Positions 58,001 through 64,000 of a stretch of DNA of 64,000 nucleotides are shown one piece after another. Each line of letters begins with the position of its first letter. Position 1 is the stretch's first letter. The notes beneath the pieces were generated by a model. It was not told where the DNA came from and did not search any database. It saw nothing but the letters and a program-made list of their open reading frames with translations. The translations under genes were made by a program, and so were the position numbers. Source of the DNA: an uncultured virus (IMG/VR IMGVR_UViG_3300003322_000362) (lineage: Duplodnaviria > Heunggongvirae > Uroviricota > Caudoviricetes > Crassvirales). Location: IMG/VR virus record IMGVR_UViG_3300003322_000362; one strand, written 5' to 3'.

Positions 58001-59896
58001 GCAGCTATGAAAGAATACTATAATCTTATTGAAGAACAATTAAGAATAACCAATAGTAATCTTCCAGAAACTTACAAACTTGACGGATATTTACCTCAAG
58101 TAAGAAAAGATTTCTATGATAGATTATATATACAAGATGCAGACGGTAAGAAAAGACTTAAAAATATTAAAGATATAGGTAAAGAAACAAAGACTACATT
58201 AGCAGATCAGTTAGTAAGAAGAGAAGATGATGTACAATATGGATTAACTGATGAAAATAATATACCTATTAATATGCTTCCTGTATATTTTACAAGAAGA
58301 TTAGAAAATATGGATAATCTTTCTCTTGACCTTACTTCTAATATGGTAGCTTTTCTTTATTCAGCTAATGATTTCTCAGAAATGAGTAAAATTATTGATA
58401 CTCTTGAATATGCTAAAGATGTAGTAGCTGAAAGAGATGTAAAAACTGGTAAATTTGATCCTGTTACTATTTTTAAGAAAAAGGATGAAAAAGGTAAGCC
58501 CATTATTAAAGAAGGCAAAGATTCAATGGCTTATCAAAGATTAGAAGACTATATGACTATGACAGTTTATGGTCAAGCTAATAAAAATGAAGGAAGTATT
58601 GGAGGTATAGATAAAGGTAAATTAGTAGATTTTATAAATACTTATACTTCACTTAATTCATTAGCCTTAAATATTTATTCCGGTATATCAAACATTACAG
58701 TAGGTAATGCAATGACTAGAATGGAAGCTATTGCAGGAGAATTTGTTAATAATGGAGATTTATTACAAGCTACTAAAATTTACACATCTGAACTACCAGC
58801 AACTCTAGCCAATATAGGTCAAAGACTTCAAACGGCTAAACTTGATCTTTGGTTAGAGTATATGGATACTATGCAAAATTATGATAGAGAATATAGAGAT
58901 ATAGATGCTGGAAGGAATACAGTATTCTCTAGAGTAATGAAAGTTAGTTCTCTATATTTCATTAATCATGCTGGTGAACATTGGTTACAATCAAGAACTT
59001 CTTTAGCATTAGCTAATAATACTAAAGTAAAAGATAAAGATGGTAATATAATTAGTCTTTGGGATGCTTTTGAAGTACAAGATAATAAACTTGTAATGAA
59101 ACAAGGTATAACAAAGGTTGCTGGAGATAGGAGCACATCCCTTTTCCGAAAAGAAGAGGAAGGTCAGGCTCTTACTGAAAGAGATATTATTAGATTTATT
59201 AATAGACAAAACTTCCTTAATAAAAGAATGCATGGTATCTATAATAATATAGATAAAAGTGCTATTCAACAATATGCTTTAGGCAGATTAGTAATTATGT
59301 TCCGCAAATTTATCAAACCAGGATGGAATAGAAGATTTGCTAAATATACTTACAATGAAGAAGGAGAAGCTTTTACTGAAGGTTATTACACTACAATGGG
59401 GAGATTCGTTAAGAATATGTATAACGAAATGAAGGAAGGTAAATTCTCTATAACTAAGAATTGGAATAATCTTACTGAAACAGAGAAAGCTAATTTCTTT
59501 AGATTAGCTACTGAGTGGGCATATATAATAGCAAGTATAACGGCTGCAACTGTATTAACACAGTTTGCAGATGACGATGATGACAACTATGCCCTTAATC
59601 TAGCAGCTTATGAAGCATATAGAATGTACTCTGAATTGAGATTCTATACATCATTTACAGAAATGTGGAGGATTATTAAATCACCTGCACCTGCTGTTTA
59701 TCAAATAGATAAAATTAGTAGATTTATGCAAGTACAGAATTGGGGAAAAGAAGTAGAACGAGGTAAATACAAAGGTCTTAATAGATTTGAAGTAGGTGCT
59801 CTTGAATTACTTCCTTTTGGAGGAACTTATGTAAATTTTAGAACTCCTGAAGAACAACTGAGGTTTTATACGAACAATGGTATCTCTATATTTTAA
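46070..59896 (+). CDS. Giant virion RNA polymerase polyprotein (4608 aa) with zincin-like domain
   Basis: YRIPT...AGEDFDIDKMY catalytic motif (DFDID at 53960-53974), NQTDAQSYIT and FVDNAKDP motifs, HEAFH at 50150-50164. Confidence 0.92.
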   Translation: MPDFNPDAIAAGLQQLKAATPTQQNFQNPYSTLGTTRDSNFLQGLTYDRNPEYIKAVNQGFLSSMGNAVAQTAVGIPLEIAEGIGYLGVGDIMDKVAKTEQDFGNSFSNKMREWNEQFKQNGAPVYTTPDDQGFKPWDYKWWATNAPSIASAISLLIPATGAVKGIGKLGKAIGGLNAAKKLGITTEALNLGETIAMAGVSRHMEGMMEGMETYQTLYDQAKAQGKSDEEASKIGAEGATETYNKNWPLIATDILQFGMAFKSFNQLSRIKSFNETAKKAVSSTLASKLLTQAGTEAGEEGYQYIVSEEAKRRAAITNKLEPEDYTTYPERLMKYVSSGDFWTSAFIGGLGGAAFEGVAARGEGKNVAKQEIIDNAQKSAIEKSVSIYRNDPIAFTKSTDTDLGVIMLNAIQNGRADKVEEFLNQMKEGKYDDLSEEDKKIVNEKANIALDDLKYMENVYNNIYKDPTKANTIEDQELIRFELANRYDLRSNKRILAKLEETQTSNLATITNERGLTADYSKLLRAQTELEIIKEDLKDKDVVSKEIKEAKIKSLEEEINFVKGIIKQNGDTEEKINEKLNINKSALRTTSFDKVVYDLKVDQVNKDYDELQTQKGRDKISEDVSKFKNKQIDKAYNDIVNQITPDADFKKLSDLKDTASSLNKLKEFTEEYNKRVIQFKQTAPKFSPNVPAASLTDRWQNRKLLQEHETAEISKLALKTGGLPENTDLNPDSIGNLYTKNPAFSAAVNQYFAKSQSLSNIPENSDTKKQSTSSNPQDINNKNGEALKEKPASTNNKSAWNLQGVQFEMTDGVPDINKPATSNVAKKINWEFLNQGKLPLDATLHFEYDFEDDWNKTKAKGANDALFELVYYVDGSEYNKQSSNRIVVGVLSSYSNESNYESIAAKQELNYLRSSLYNTVQASGSKTGTITLNRTAKIDKIIGGRFWNTKEFKNPKDVLKSTDKFVLAIGRKLRFGNEIKSTLDTNGHEWQDRITYSNVTPGSVYLLTEAPSGDILPYKLFTKKVKEIENLSTLVATYMRQIGSTANPEEKKSIMDDLNTIASVKKVNFFQGKFYITLGDIENPATLEVADADLEKAVGDLVVQIDVNKINKGDYNDLIAKEGYITTDLNVGTFFHSTKVAIKPVLSSKVETKAKDTTIKNEKNFPDQIKTLKESAKRALITTKNTLSETTDEDEVKKLKDRIENFELIINSDNILIGDYTFRKEEYKGVVINNKPISATGDTLKGVSAIRLLDSVKTNPTPQNTVIAKTAPNPIKGIGKTSVTFGQGNPKHKIATEEAQYTPLNESEVRNWFNKNLPQVKVDFTPNLIEIDKNGGRKAWGKFYESGILLYNGAPKGVEHHEAFHAVFNLALNDQERTDILKEAKGVNTELTDSEAEEILADNFIRYVQQNDLNDITIGSKIRNFFRKLYDFFKSVFTNDINVETLFQRINNGYYKDKKLATSDITLYKISGVNPYTVKRNIDTLNYYFFQALNEYKDANSLGDLDDVSAIKKIDNDLDQAIFSLYGTVYNGVVEARDNAIKNNQVDLSNELLDLLEKFIVVENGIVTGKGDYYMLAVRDLSKYGIKLIANEEISEAYDSQTDEKQFEIVEEEEALEGWQVKALEVNGKDTLSFNVRKTLRQTTEYELNDNGEFEEIQDKYGFKKFVNFDEIYNYIESHIADTFDADQMIDKLNELMYHKPEIYGIVQKLEKDEVLKTQFFTNFSKAYIPYMQIIQRNNRYRDETGNIFTSTRYSIYNANRKNLSQLLIDEWNSNLNTPGHNSVVTKDYKIDTIKAKAALKEFDDIISIVKKSRKVNLDLNNKLSDILLKFGVNIPAEVLQKEFVEHPVNIGGKIVQFKAYDNYIAFVAGNESIRNIIASIAGDVNPYEGNNVETNSIQNVTRLVARNIPNLHQDTFNNVDGKQVYSYVLPTFLNKKLQELKTEEGLNQYLNNWWFKNNAWLQAMKESDLVREQFGLVILDGLLQENKQGVKYYNMVDTQLDISDINMFDNNGSNSLAYYRLPILSDSPQAPYLRFKKFSQPEVITALYNLALSEKDRIVMAQNTDIKIKNWNDDRANGTSYQFLPFLNDDKIDVSSEDDTKRAITRWLEEEFKVEETRLKNNDVLTKQGAFNDSVSSNAARNKDFLRNYFYNKVLANAMITQLTSVDLAFYKDYDDFQKRNGQIFKFTKMIDTEANWRGYTPEKTYTSIFLKDEIIKSELKDFVYDDLIKKGYDKDYAKKVSDAYDNVNQTDAQSYITIDRYRKIKIGVGEWTDTHEDAYKLIKKGKAWDDSYNLLFQPIKPFYYNHHLIPNTDLLTPMQNKNSEAVLLPNLANKSKTLKALLKYMNDNNVDSVQFVSAVKAGEYGAVSSTNLNEATIHTLDNKYYGIQQETPEHHIDTDNLFGSQLRKLAIADIPTETKFGNYTKEEYIDKYHQLLTKNIIDSYNDIEGEFKDIRKIQKLLLEQVIERNLGESFENALQIVKDPQGNEVFNLPLYHPIHAKRFESILNSLVRSSVTKQKINGGNFVLMSNFGFTNELKVVTNKETGAVEYMEVMLPPWTKKWFPRKPNGEVDFDLINKEAPDILNLFGYRIPTEHKYSMKKLKVVGFTPDIMGGIAMLPAEITKIAGEDFDIDKMYVMIPNFESKDGRLQKVKYNLDDIDSLTKEQRDNALIDIISTIWSHPVMSDQILIPGGFDNLSRLAKEMRNINMSSSYANPILPGTQMEYFQRNTNGSKLIGIAANQNTNHAISQYTDMALVNPIEFDDKKLTELNKLKSLDNKLISRNLAEFLAAFVDNAKDPVANDLNLNTFTFDTVATIVRLGYSLDTAIYFVNQPIVKAYTKQYYKAGGTRSSETKAYNLVKDALTKNRKLEVEPKVYSFTTDRLRSTLFIEPGTTLGTIDDERATQQLKVLYTFQKYKEQANSLAKVVRSTKADTLGTRKTIAGNATALRDVNDALTDKNLTGVNEIFIGDKYPLVKVSTEYGLRKPQEELLSIYFPYNKIAYTSLYDVMTANKGRQLSEDEVNYINNTTLVYYTSGFDFFKQSEKSAFVNQFPKYFLKFKDNIEINKFDFMRYLRFVAKGTNNSIDKIEFSSAATISNEQREILTRSWDAMLSSDNPEIAKLARDLVKYSFHTNGLSFTYAGFSHLIPSDYLDKLVDTQGVTFRDYLHKLQLDSQNPKLFDNLIEQIYRHDDQKGLIPRLNEEDIENKISSKKLISSVILAPTDTEPTTKYFKLYNPNGKIYVYKYSGTTSTKNPVYNIIETLGEGNITEYSLDSIPKSVIAINNLPTFSEKDFYATTDQSSPGQEYYQIKGGRDLEIKYELVDALGQYKKYGKEGNGASSTKVYKKLIEDLAKINKDIRGTGYKALPGKTVLDGKTYWIGQIVEEFAQIEGEAMPNNELNDYLKAWFNKLGGKVEYYEDLKQRTGNDVTAIADIGNKLISISKKDEGLDTLPEEIGHFAEAYGRGTLAHSKLLDLVTFTPEYQITVEQYGEIYKNNELKLKQETIGKLIGKAIIKKYEDTKVNNIILTYLKKLWNDFISLFRNQNEVTYRQEIEDITGKIAEDILSGNIDILPTSVTIDGKFYQLTTNVGEKAEEILKTGIDATYKKIKLYERKALTEFTERERQLLAKLSSDLDKKKYQRGLLNYTINAKRELRKIVKRYEKINRNPETLEDKRNTLKTLNQMNNYVLGFKDTLDSIAKSDVFQGPTSEMKLVSRFISETAELVNKLHAEYYNIGKPILVNILREFSTNPNENISQALDILEKDITFTQRFLDQLAEADDSILNIIDVMVKDAKHRGRLKTLEITKILVKAQKILESKGVPSTQFMYERDFSGKLTGRLISEYNIGEFDKQKRKYFELNPRPKQEDYINGSEFTTALHEYNIKIGKWFQDNTQTHPDKDQIIKNKKEELAKQYTNPKLAEQKYNEWFEANTRQSNYYDPIIKEYKSDTRYIKELAVPAEKYRSEQYSSMLANAAMKEYYNLIEEQLRITNSNLPETYKLDGYLPQVRKDFYDRLYIQDADGKKRLKNIKDIGKETKTTLADQLVRREDDVQYGLTDENNIPINMLPVYFTRRLENMDNLSLDLTSNMVAFLYSANDFSEMSKIIDTLEYAKDVVAERDVKTGKFDPVTIFKKKDEKGKPIIKEGKDSMAYQRLEDYMTMTVYGQANKNEGSIGGIDKGKLVDFINTYTSLNSLALNIYSGISNITVGNAMTRMEAIAGEFVNNGDLLQATKIYTSELPATLANIGQRLQTAKLDLWLEYMDTMQNYDREYRDIDAGRNTVFSRVMKVSSLYFINHAGEHWLQSRTSLALANNTKVKDKDGNIISLWDAFEVQDNKLVMKQGITKVAGDRSTSLFRKEEEGQALTERDIIRFINRQNFLNKRMHGIYNNIDKSAIQQYALGRLVIMFRKFIKPGWNRRFAKYTYNEEGEAFTEGYYTTMGRFVKNMYNEMKEGKFSITKNWNNLTETEKANFFRLATEWAYIIASITAATVLTQFADDDDDNYALNLAAYEAYRMYSELRFYTSFTEMWRIIKSPAPAVYQIDKISRFMQVQNWGKEVERGKYKGLNRFEVGALELLPFGGTYVNFRTPEEQLRFYTNNGISIF

Positions 59897-59945
59897 ATAG
59901 ATAGAACAAATACAGAATCGTAATCGCTGACATTTGCATAAAAAT

Positions 59946-59975
59946 AAAGAGCCGGATATTAGTCCGGCTCTTTTT
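59946..59975. terminator. Bidirectional Rho-independent terminator between convergent units
   Basis: AAAGAGCCGGA-tattag-TCCGGCTCTTT with flanking A and T tracts. Confidence 0.9.
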
Positions 59976-60006
59976 AATTATAAATGCTTTGAAACTTGAT
60001 CGAGAA

Positions 60007-60690
60007 CTATACATTTCCAGATGGAATGTTTTCATCAGTTACAACAGGATAATCATCTCCTGCTCCCTTAGTAGGAAAATTACTACTAATCTTATTCATA
60101 TTTTCTAAAGTCTTTCTTTCTTCTTCTATATTACGATTAATGGCAAGATCTTCACTGAATTTATCTGGATAACGTTTTCTAAGTTTAGCAATATTTGCTT
60201 CACGAATATCATCACCACTTAAACTATAAAGTTCTTCAAACATAAATAGTGCTACTCTAATATCATAAACTAATTCAAGTTCTTTAGCTTTATCAATAGG
60301 TTTATTATAAGCCACTAATCTCTTGACAGTATCTACAAGATCTCCTATTTTAATAATAAGAAAATCAAGACACATATCAGGAGGAGTATCAAAAACTACT
60401 GTTTCTGGTAAAGGAAGGTTTTGGAAATTACAATAATTTGCAAGATACCAATACATATCACCTATTTCTTCACCTAAATTAATTTTATCAATTTTTAATT
60501 TAAGTTCTGTACCTACACATTCTACAAGTTCCTTAATTTCTCCTGCAAGACCTAGAACCATATGAGTAAGATTAAGTTTATGTCCTATCTCATCTGAACA
60601 ATTTCTAACACTTAAACCTTCTCCTTTTATAGTAAAGGTTAAATCAGGTAATGTTCTCTTAGTATGTTCTCTATATTCTGCTAATTTCAT
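60007..60690 (-). CDS. MazG-like NTP pyrophosphohydrolase with duplicated domain
   Basis: LGLAGEIKELVE...EEIGDMYWYLA, a second degenerate repeat, and NIAKLRKRYPDKFS. Confidence 0.85.
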   Translation of the reverse strand: MKLAEYREHTKRTLPDLTFTIKGEGLSVRNCSDEIGHKLNLTHMVLGLAGEIKELVECVGTELKLKIDKINLGEEIGDMYWYLANYCNFQNLPLPETVVFDTPPDMCLDFLIIKIGDLVDTVKRLVAYNKPIDKAKELELVYDIRVALFMFEELYSLSGDDIREANIAKLRKRYPDKFSEDLAINRNIEEERKTLENMNKISSNFPTKGAGDDYPVVTDENIPSGNV

Positions 60691-60986
60691 TATTGTACTA
60701 TTTTAAGTTCTCGTGAATAATTTAGATATTTTTCAATTTTCTTATTCTTAATTAATAATTTCTCTTTCATTTCATCTGTTAATTCGTTAGGTAAAATTTT
60801 CAAATCTGTTAACCTATCTAATATGACTTGAAGATCTATTATCTCATCTATAAGTCTTTGTGTATTATTAAGTTCTTTACCTGGTTCAATTTCATTAAAT
60901 CCAAATCTAAGAATTTTAGAGCATTGATGAGCTACTTCATTACATTCTTCTGCAAGAAGTAATATATAATATTCTTTTTCTATCAT
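60690..60986 (-). CDS. Small MazG-like pyrophosphohydrolase
   Basis: LAEECNEVAHQCSKILRFG...LIDEIIDL. Confidence 0.8.
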   Translation of the reverse strand: MIEKEYYILLLAEECNEVAHQCSKILRFGFNEIEPGKELNNTQRLIDEIIDLQVILDRLTDLKILPNELTDEMKEKLLIKNKKIEKYLNYSRELKIVQ

Positions 60987-61765
60987 ACAACAACTCCCTC
61001 AATATCTTTAACAAAAAGATTACTAATCATAACAGTTTTAGAAGCTTTCTCTATAATATCAACTTTATCAGTCACATATTGTGTGAGAGCAGAATAAACA
61101 TTCCATTGAGTAGTTTTATCTTCCTTAATTGCATATCTAGATTTACCATCTTCTAAATCCTTCATTGCACTAAGAACTGGATTAGTGCCTATTTGCTTAT
61201 TCTTATAGCTTTCTCGGAGAAGGTGTCCCATTATACGATCTATATCTTCACCTTTATATATATGATCATTCATTCTTTCATATATTTTTTGAAACTTAGC
61301 TAATTGTTCCATAGTTCCTTCAACATATTCAAGAGCTTTCTCATATATAGAAGCTGTTCCTTGAAGAAGTTGTACTTCATGAATATATCTTGCTCCAAAA
61401 ATAGCAAGGTTAGTACAAGCCCAAGCATTTTCTCCAGAATAAACTCGTAAATTAGGTTTTTGAGTATCAAGAGCATATACCATTCCAATAACACTATCAT
61501 GTTCATGCATAGTATATTGTTCAGGTAATTTTGCCATAATAGCTACTCTACCATAAGACTCATTAAGCTTTTCCGAATCAGCATCTTTATTAGCTACTTT
61601 TTCAGATACAGCTACTTCAAATGTAGCTTTAACCCCTGCTTTCTCAAATTTCTCAAGAAATGGTTCAATATATTGTCTTGGAGAACCAAAACTAATAGCA
61701 CTTTTATCTTGGATATATACTTTACTATTAAGTACATGATCCAAAGTTATAATTTCACCTTGCAT
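60983..61765 (-). CDS. DUF932-like protein
   Basis: VYSGENAWACTNLAIF and T.WNVYSALTQY motifs. Confidence 0.6.
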   Translation of the reverse strand: MQGEIITLDHVLNSKVYIQDKSAISFGSPRQYIEPFLEKFEKAGVKATFEVAVSEKVANKDADSEKLNESYGRVAIMAKLPEQYTMHEHDSVIGMVYALDTQKPNLRVYSGENAWACTNLAIFGARYIHEVQLLQGTASIYEKALEYVEGTMEQLAKFQKIYERMNDHIYKGEDIDRIMGHLLRESYKNKQIGTNPVLSAMKDLEDGKSRYAIKEDKTTQWNVYSALTQYVTDKVDIIEKASKTVMISNLFVKDIEGVVV

Positions 61766-62001
61766 TATTGTATTGATTTAAATTGTTCTATATTTTTTAA
61801 TTTAGCTGTCATTTCTTCAAGGGTTGTAACTAACTCATCATATAAAACATCACCATTTTTATCTTTCTTTTTATAATCTATAAAAGTACCTTCAGATGTT
61901 TTATAGATGCAATCTATGTCATCAACATTTTGAATCATAATTACATCTTCTTTTCCTCCTTCAGTTCCATTATCTCTTCTTACTTTATAACCTATGAACA
62001 T
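61765..62001 (-). CDS. Hypothetical protein
   Basis: 78 aa, overlaps the neighbour by 1 nt. Confidence 0.7.
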   Translation of the reverse strand: MFIGYKVRRDNGTEGGKEDVIMIQNVDDIDCIYKTSEGTFIDYKKKDKNGDVLYDELVTTLEEMTAKLKNIEQFKSIQ

Positions 62002-62005
62002 AATT

Positions 62006-62713
62006 TTAGTAGTTTAATGCTTTACTAATTATAGGACACTGTTCTTTAAAAATCTTCTTAATTTCTTTTGCAATAAGCATGGCTTCTTTTTGAGCATGAC
62101 CATCATCTCTAACATCAAGAAGATGTATCCATGATCTAATATTACCAGTCATATATAATTTAGTACTAGTAGCTAAAGGAAGAATAAATCTACATGTTTC
62201 TTTAGCAATTCCTAAATCTAAACCTTCTTTATATAAATCAAGTGCATCATTTAAATTTTTAGAAGCTTTTTCCATCCATTTAAAAAATTTTATAGCTTCT
62301 ATAACACTATTACTTTCTACAAATAAGTCATCTAAAGATACTTCAAATGCATTAGCAGAAATTTCTGGTAAATGAGTAATTGAACCTATAATTTCTGTAC
62401 TACTTTGTCTATTTTTTTCAGCTTGTAATCTAAATTCAATTGGTTCTATTTTCTCTACAGCAGCATATCTTTGACTAAATTGTTGAAATCTAAAACTTAC
62501 GTGTCTAAGATATTGAACTGAAATAGATATACTAGTTTCAACTTCAATAGTCATATGACTATGTTCAAAAATAGACCAATGTTTATTTTTAATACAATAA
62601 CTAATTAAACCTTCTGGTTTTTCAGTTTTATCAATTCTTGGTGAACTAACTCTAGCAATTTCTACAATATTTACTTCTGATTCAGGAGTAATTGTTTTAA
62701 GCGATACTTTCAT
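62006..62713 (-). CDS. thyX: Flavin-dependent thymidylate synthase
   Basis: HWSIFEH, RHVSFRFQQFSQRY (RHxxxxxxxxSxRY), GNIRSWIH...HAQKE. Confidence 0.93.
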   Translation of the reverse strand: MKVSLKTITPESEVNIVEIARVSSPRIDKTEKPEGLISYCIKNKHWSIFEHSHMTIEVETSISISVQYLRHVSFRFQQFSQRYAAVEKIEPIEFRLQAEKNRQSSTEIIGSITHLPEISANAFEVSLDDLFVESNSVIEAIKFFKWMEKASKNLNDALDLYKEGLDLGIAKETCRFILPLATSTKLYMTGNIRSWIHLLDVRDDGHAQKEAMLIAKEIKKIFKEQCPIISKALNY

Positions 62714-62870
62714 CTTTAGTTATTTTAATAGTTTCAATTTTTATAGAATGTCCTTCATCTTCAAATAAAAGACATACATGAGTATCACCTTTCTGTATTG
62801 CTTTCTTTAGAAATTTTGCTAGATCATTAATAGGAGTAGGACGTATAATAAGATTATTTGAATGTATCAT
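62697..62870 (-). CDS. Small hypothetical protein (57 aa, MIHSNNLIIRPTP...)
   Basis: Manual translation; fills the gap between neighbours. Confidence 0.55.
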   Translation of the reverse strand: MIHSNNLIIRPTPINDLAKFLKKAIQKGDTHVCLLFEDEGHSIKIETIKITKDESIA

Positions 62871-62882
62871 TTTTTTTTATTA

Positions 62883-63596
62883 TTAATAACTTCCTTTTAA
62901 ATCCCAGAGACTCATATTACCTCCTATATAGAGAGGAGCATTTTGTTTAATAGTATTTAATTTCTCTTGAGCTTTAGCTATAGAAGCAATCAATTCAGTA
63001 CCTACCTCTTCAATAATTCTTTCAGTAGCTAATTTAGCTAATTCTTTAAAATCACGAAGGTGATCTCCCCATCTAGCTATAAGATATTTTTCTTTATCAC
63101 TATATTGTACTTTACCGCATTCACCAGGATGTTTTATTAAAGTAAATTCTATAGCTGCTTCATAATCTTGTTCATTATTGAAATAGTTATCTCCTTTTTC
63201 GTTTTGAATACGAACATCTCTTTGTTGATATTTTATATATCCATATCTTTGAGCTGTAATACCTATAAGAAAGGGATCAGGAGTTTTATCATCATACCAA
63301 ACTTCAATTCTTTCAAAATATTTTTCTCCAATTGCAAATTTTAATTGCTTTAAAACATCTAAAGGAATAGGAGCTTTATTATATTCATTAATACTTACTT
63401 TCTTAGGACAAAGTGTATTACAAATATTTGTCATACTTGTATTAATCCAAGGAAATGGAATAGGTGTTTTAGTTCCTTTAGCTAATTCCATTTGACCTTT
63501 AATACCAAGTTCATTAATTAGATTTTTGTATTCATCTAATGTATCATTATCAAAAATTACATCTGATAATTCTTTTTCAAAATATAATTCTACCAT
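62883..63596 (-). CDS. Hypothetical phage protein
   Basis: 237 aa, LCP...IPLDVL...EVWYDDKTPDPFLIG...YLIARWG. Confidence 0.75.
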   Translation of the reverse strand: MVELYFEKELSDVIFDNDTLDEYKNLINELGIKGQMELAKGTKTPIPFPWINTSMTNICNTLCPKKVSINEYNKAPIPLDVLKQLKFAIGEKYFERIEVWYDDKTPDPFLIGITAQRYGYIKYQQRDVRIQNEKGDNYFNNEQDYEAAIEFTLIKHPGECGKVQYSDKEKYLIARWGDHLRDFKELAKLATERIIEEVGTELIASIAKAQEKLNTIKQNAPLYIGGNMSLWDLKGSY

Positions 63597-63601
63597 AAAA
63601 T

Positions 63602-64000
63602 TTAGTTTATTATTTTTTCTTTAATTAATATTTCTCTTACTTTTTCTATTAATTCTTCTATAGTACCATTATTATTTATAGTATAATGAAATCCTTTATA
63701 ATTATCAAGAGCAGTTTCTGAAATATGTTCTTTTATATTATATTCAAAATGATCTTCTCTCCATCTATTAGCTCTGATTAATATACCATCTCTATCTAAT
63801 ATAGATTGGGCTTCATTAGGAAATCTAAGATCGGTTATGAGCCATTTATCTTCTAAATTTTTTCCCCATTTATTAATATTCTTAGCTTCAAAATTTATTC
63901 TATAATCACTAAATAAAGCATTAATATGTACATTTGGATGAATTATATCTCTAAGACATTCACTACCAATACGTTGAAGTAATAATCTAGGAGTATAATG
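63602..64000 (-). CDS. Deoxynucleoside monophosphate kinase, 5' part outside the window
   Basis: Manual translation: TPRLLLQRIGSECLR...WLITDLRFPNE...HISETALD...INNGTIEEL. Confidence 0.88.
   Translation of the reverse strand, partial: HYTPRLLLQRIGSECLRDIIHPNVHINALFSDYRINFEAKNINKWGKNLEDKWLITDLRFPNEAQSILDRDGILIRANRWREDHFEYNIKEHISETALDNYKGFHYTINNNGTIEELIEKVREILIKEKIIN

Noticed and set aside
8816..59896. Introns or inteins in terminase, capsid or RNAP genes
   Set aside because: ORFs are continuous, and I saw no intein terminal motifs or homing-endonuclease ORFs
14937..61876. Short antisense or out-of-frame ORFs nested in the large genes (for example 14937-15281, 15426-15845, 24100-24375, 55654-55932)
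   Set aside because: Typical shadow ORFs caused by codon bias of the real gene
1..64000. Stop-codon reassignment (TAG or TGA), known in some crAss-like phages
   Set aside because: Long genes are intact in code 11; TAG (7899, 27157, 60007) and TGA (4228, 7008) end genes at sensible boundaries; no suppressor tRNA seen

Overview
AT-rich fragment of a crAss-like (Crassvirales-type) bacteriophage genome, probably infecting a Bacteroidota host, read in the standard genetic code. It has four parts. (1) 1-3354, minus strand: short early-type genes, tRNA-Leu(TAA) and tRNA-Met(CAT), separated by unusually structured multi-branch spacers. (2) A strand switch at about 3355-3730. (3) 3731-59896, plus strand: RepL-like protein, HAD phosphatase, GroES-like co-chaperonin, HU/IHF-like protein, terminase, portal, major capsid and other head genes, a long tail-fibre/depolymerase block, a lysis cassette, ring and muzzle proteins, two cargo proteins and a single 4608-aa virion RNA polymerase polyprotein (DFDID motif, HExxH zincin motif). 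(4) After a bidirectional terminator, a minus-strand nucleotide-metabolism block (two MazG-like proteins, DUF932-like protein, ThyX, dNMP kinase). The most interesting unexplained signals are an array of multi-arm fold-back elements in the early region whose G-T wobbles favour folding of the plus (template) strand, an apparent three-adaptor/three-enzyme plug-in receptor-binding system, and a small stand-alone terminase-nuclease-like ORF. All family assignments are motif recognition by eye, not database searches, and pairings were checked by hand without a folding program. There are three N gaps (2693-2765, 3435-3444, 7327-7381).
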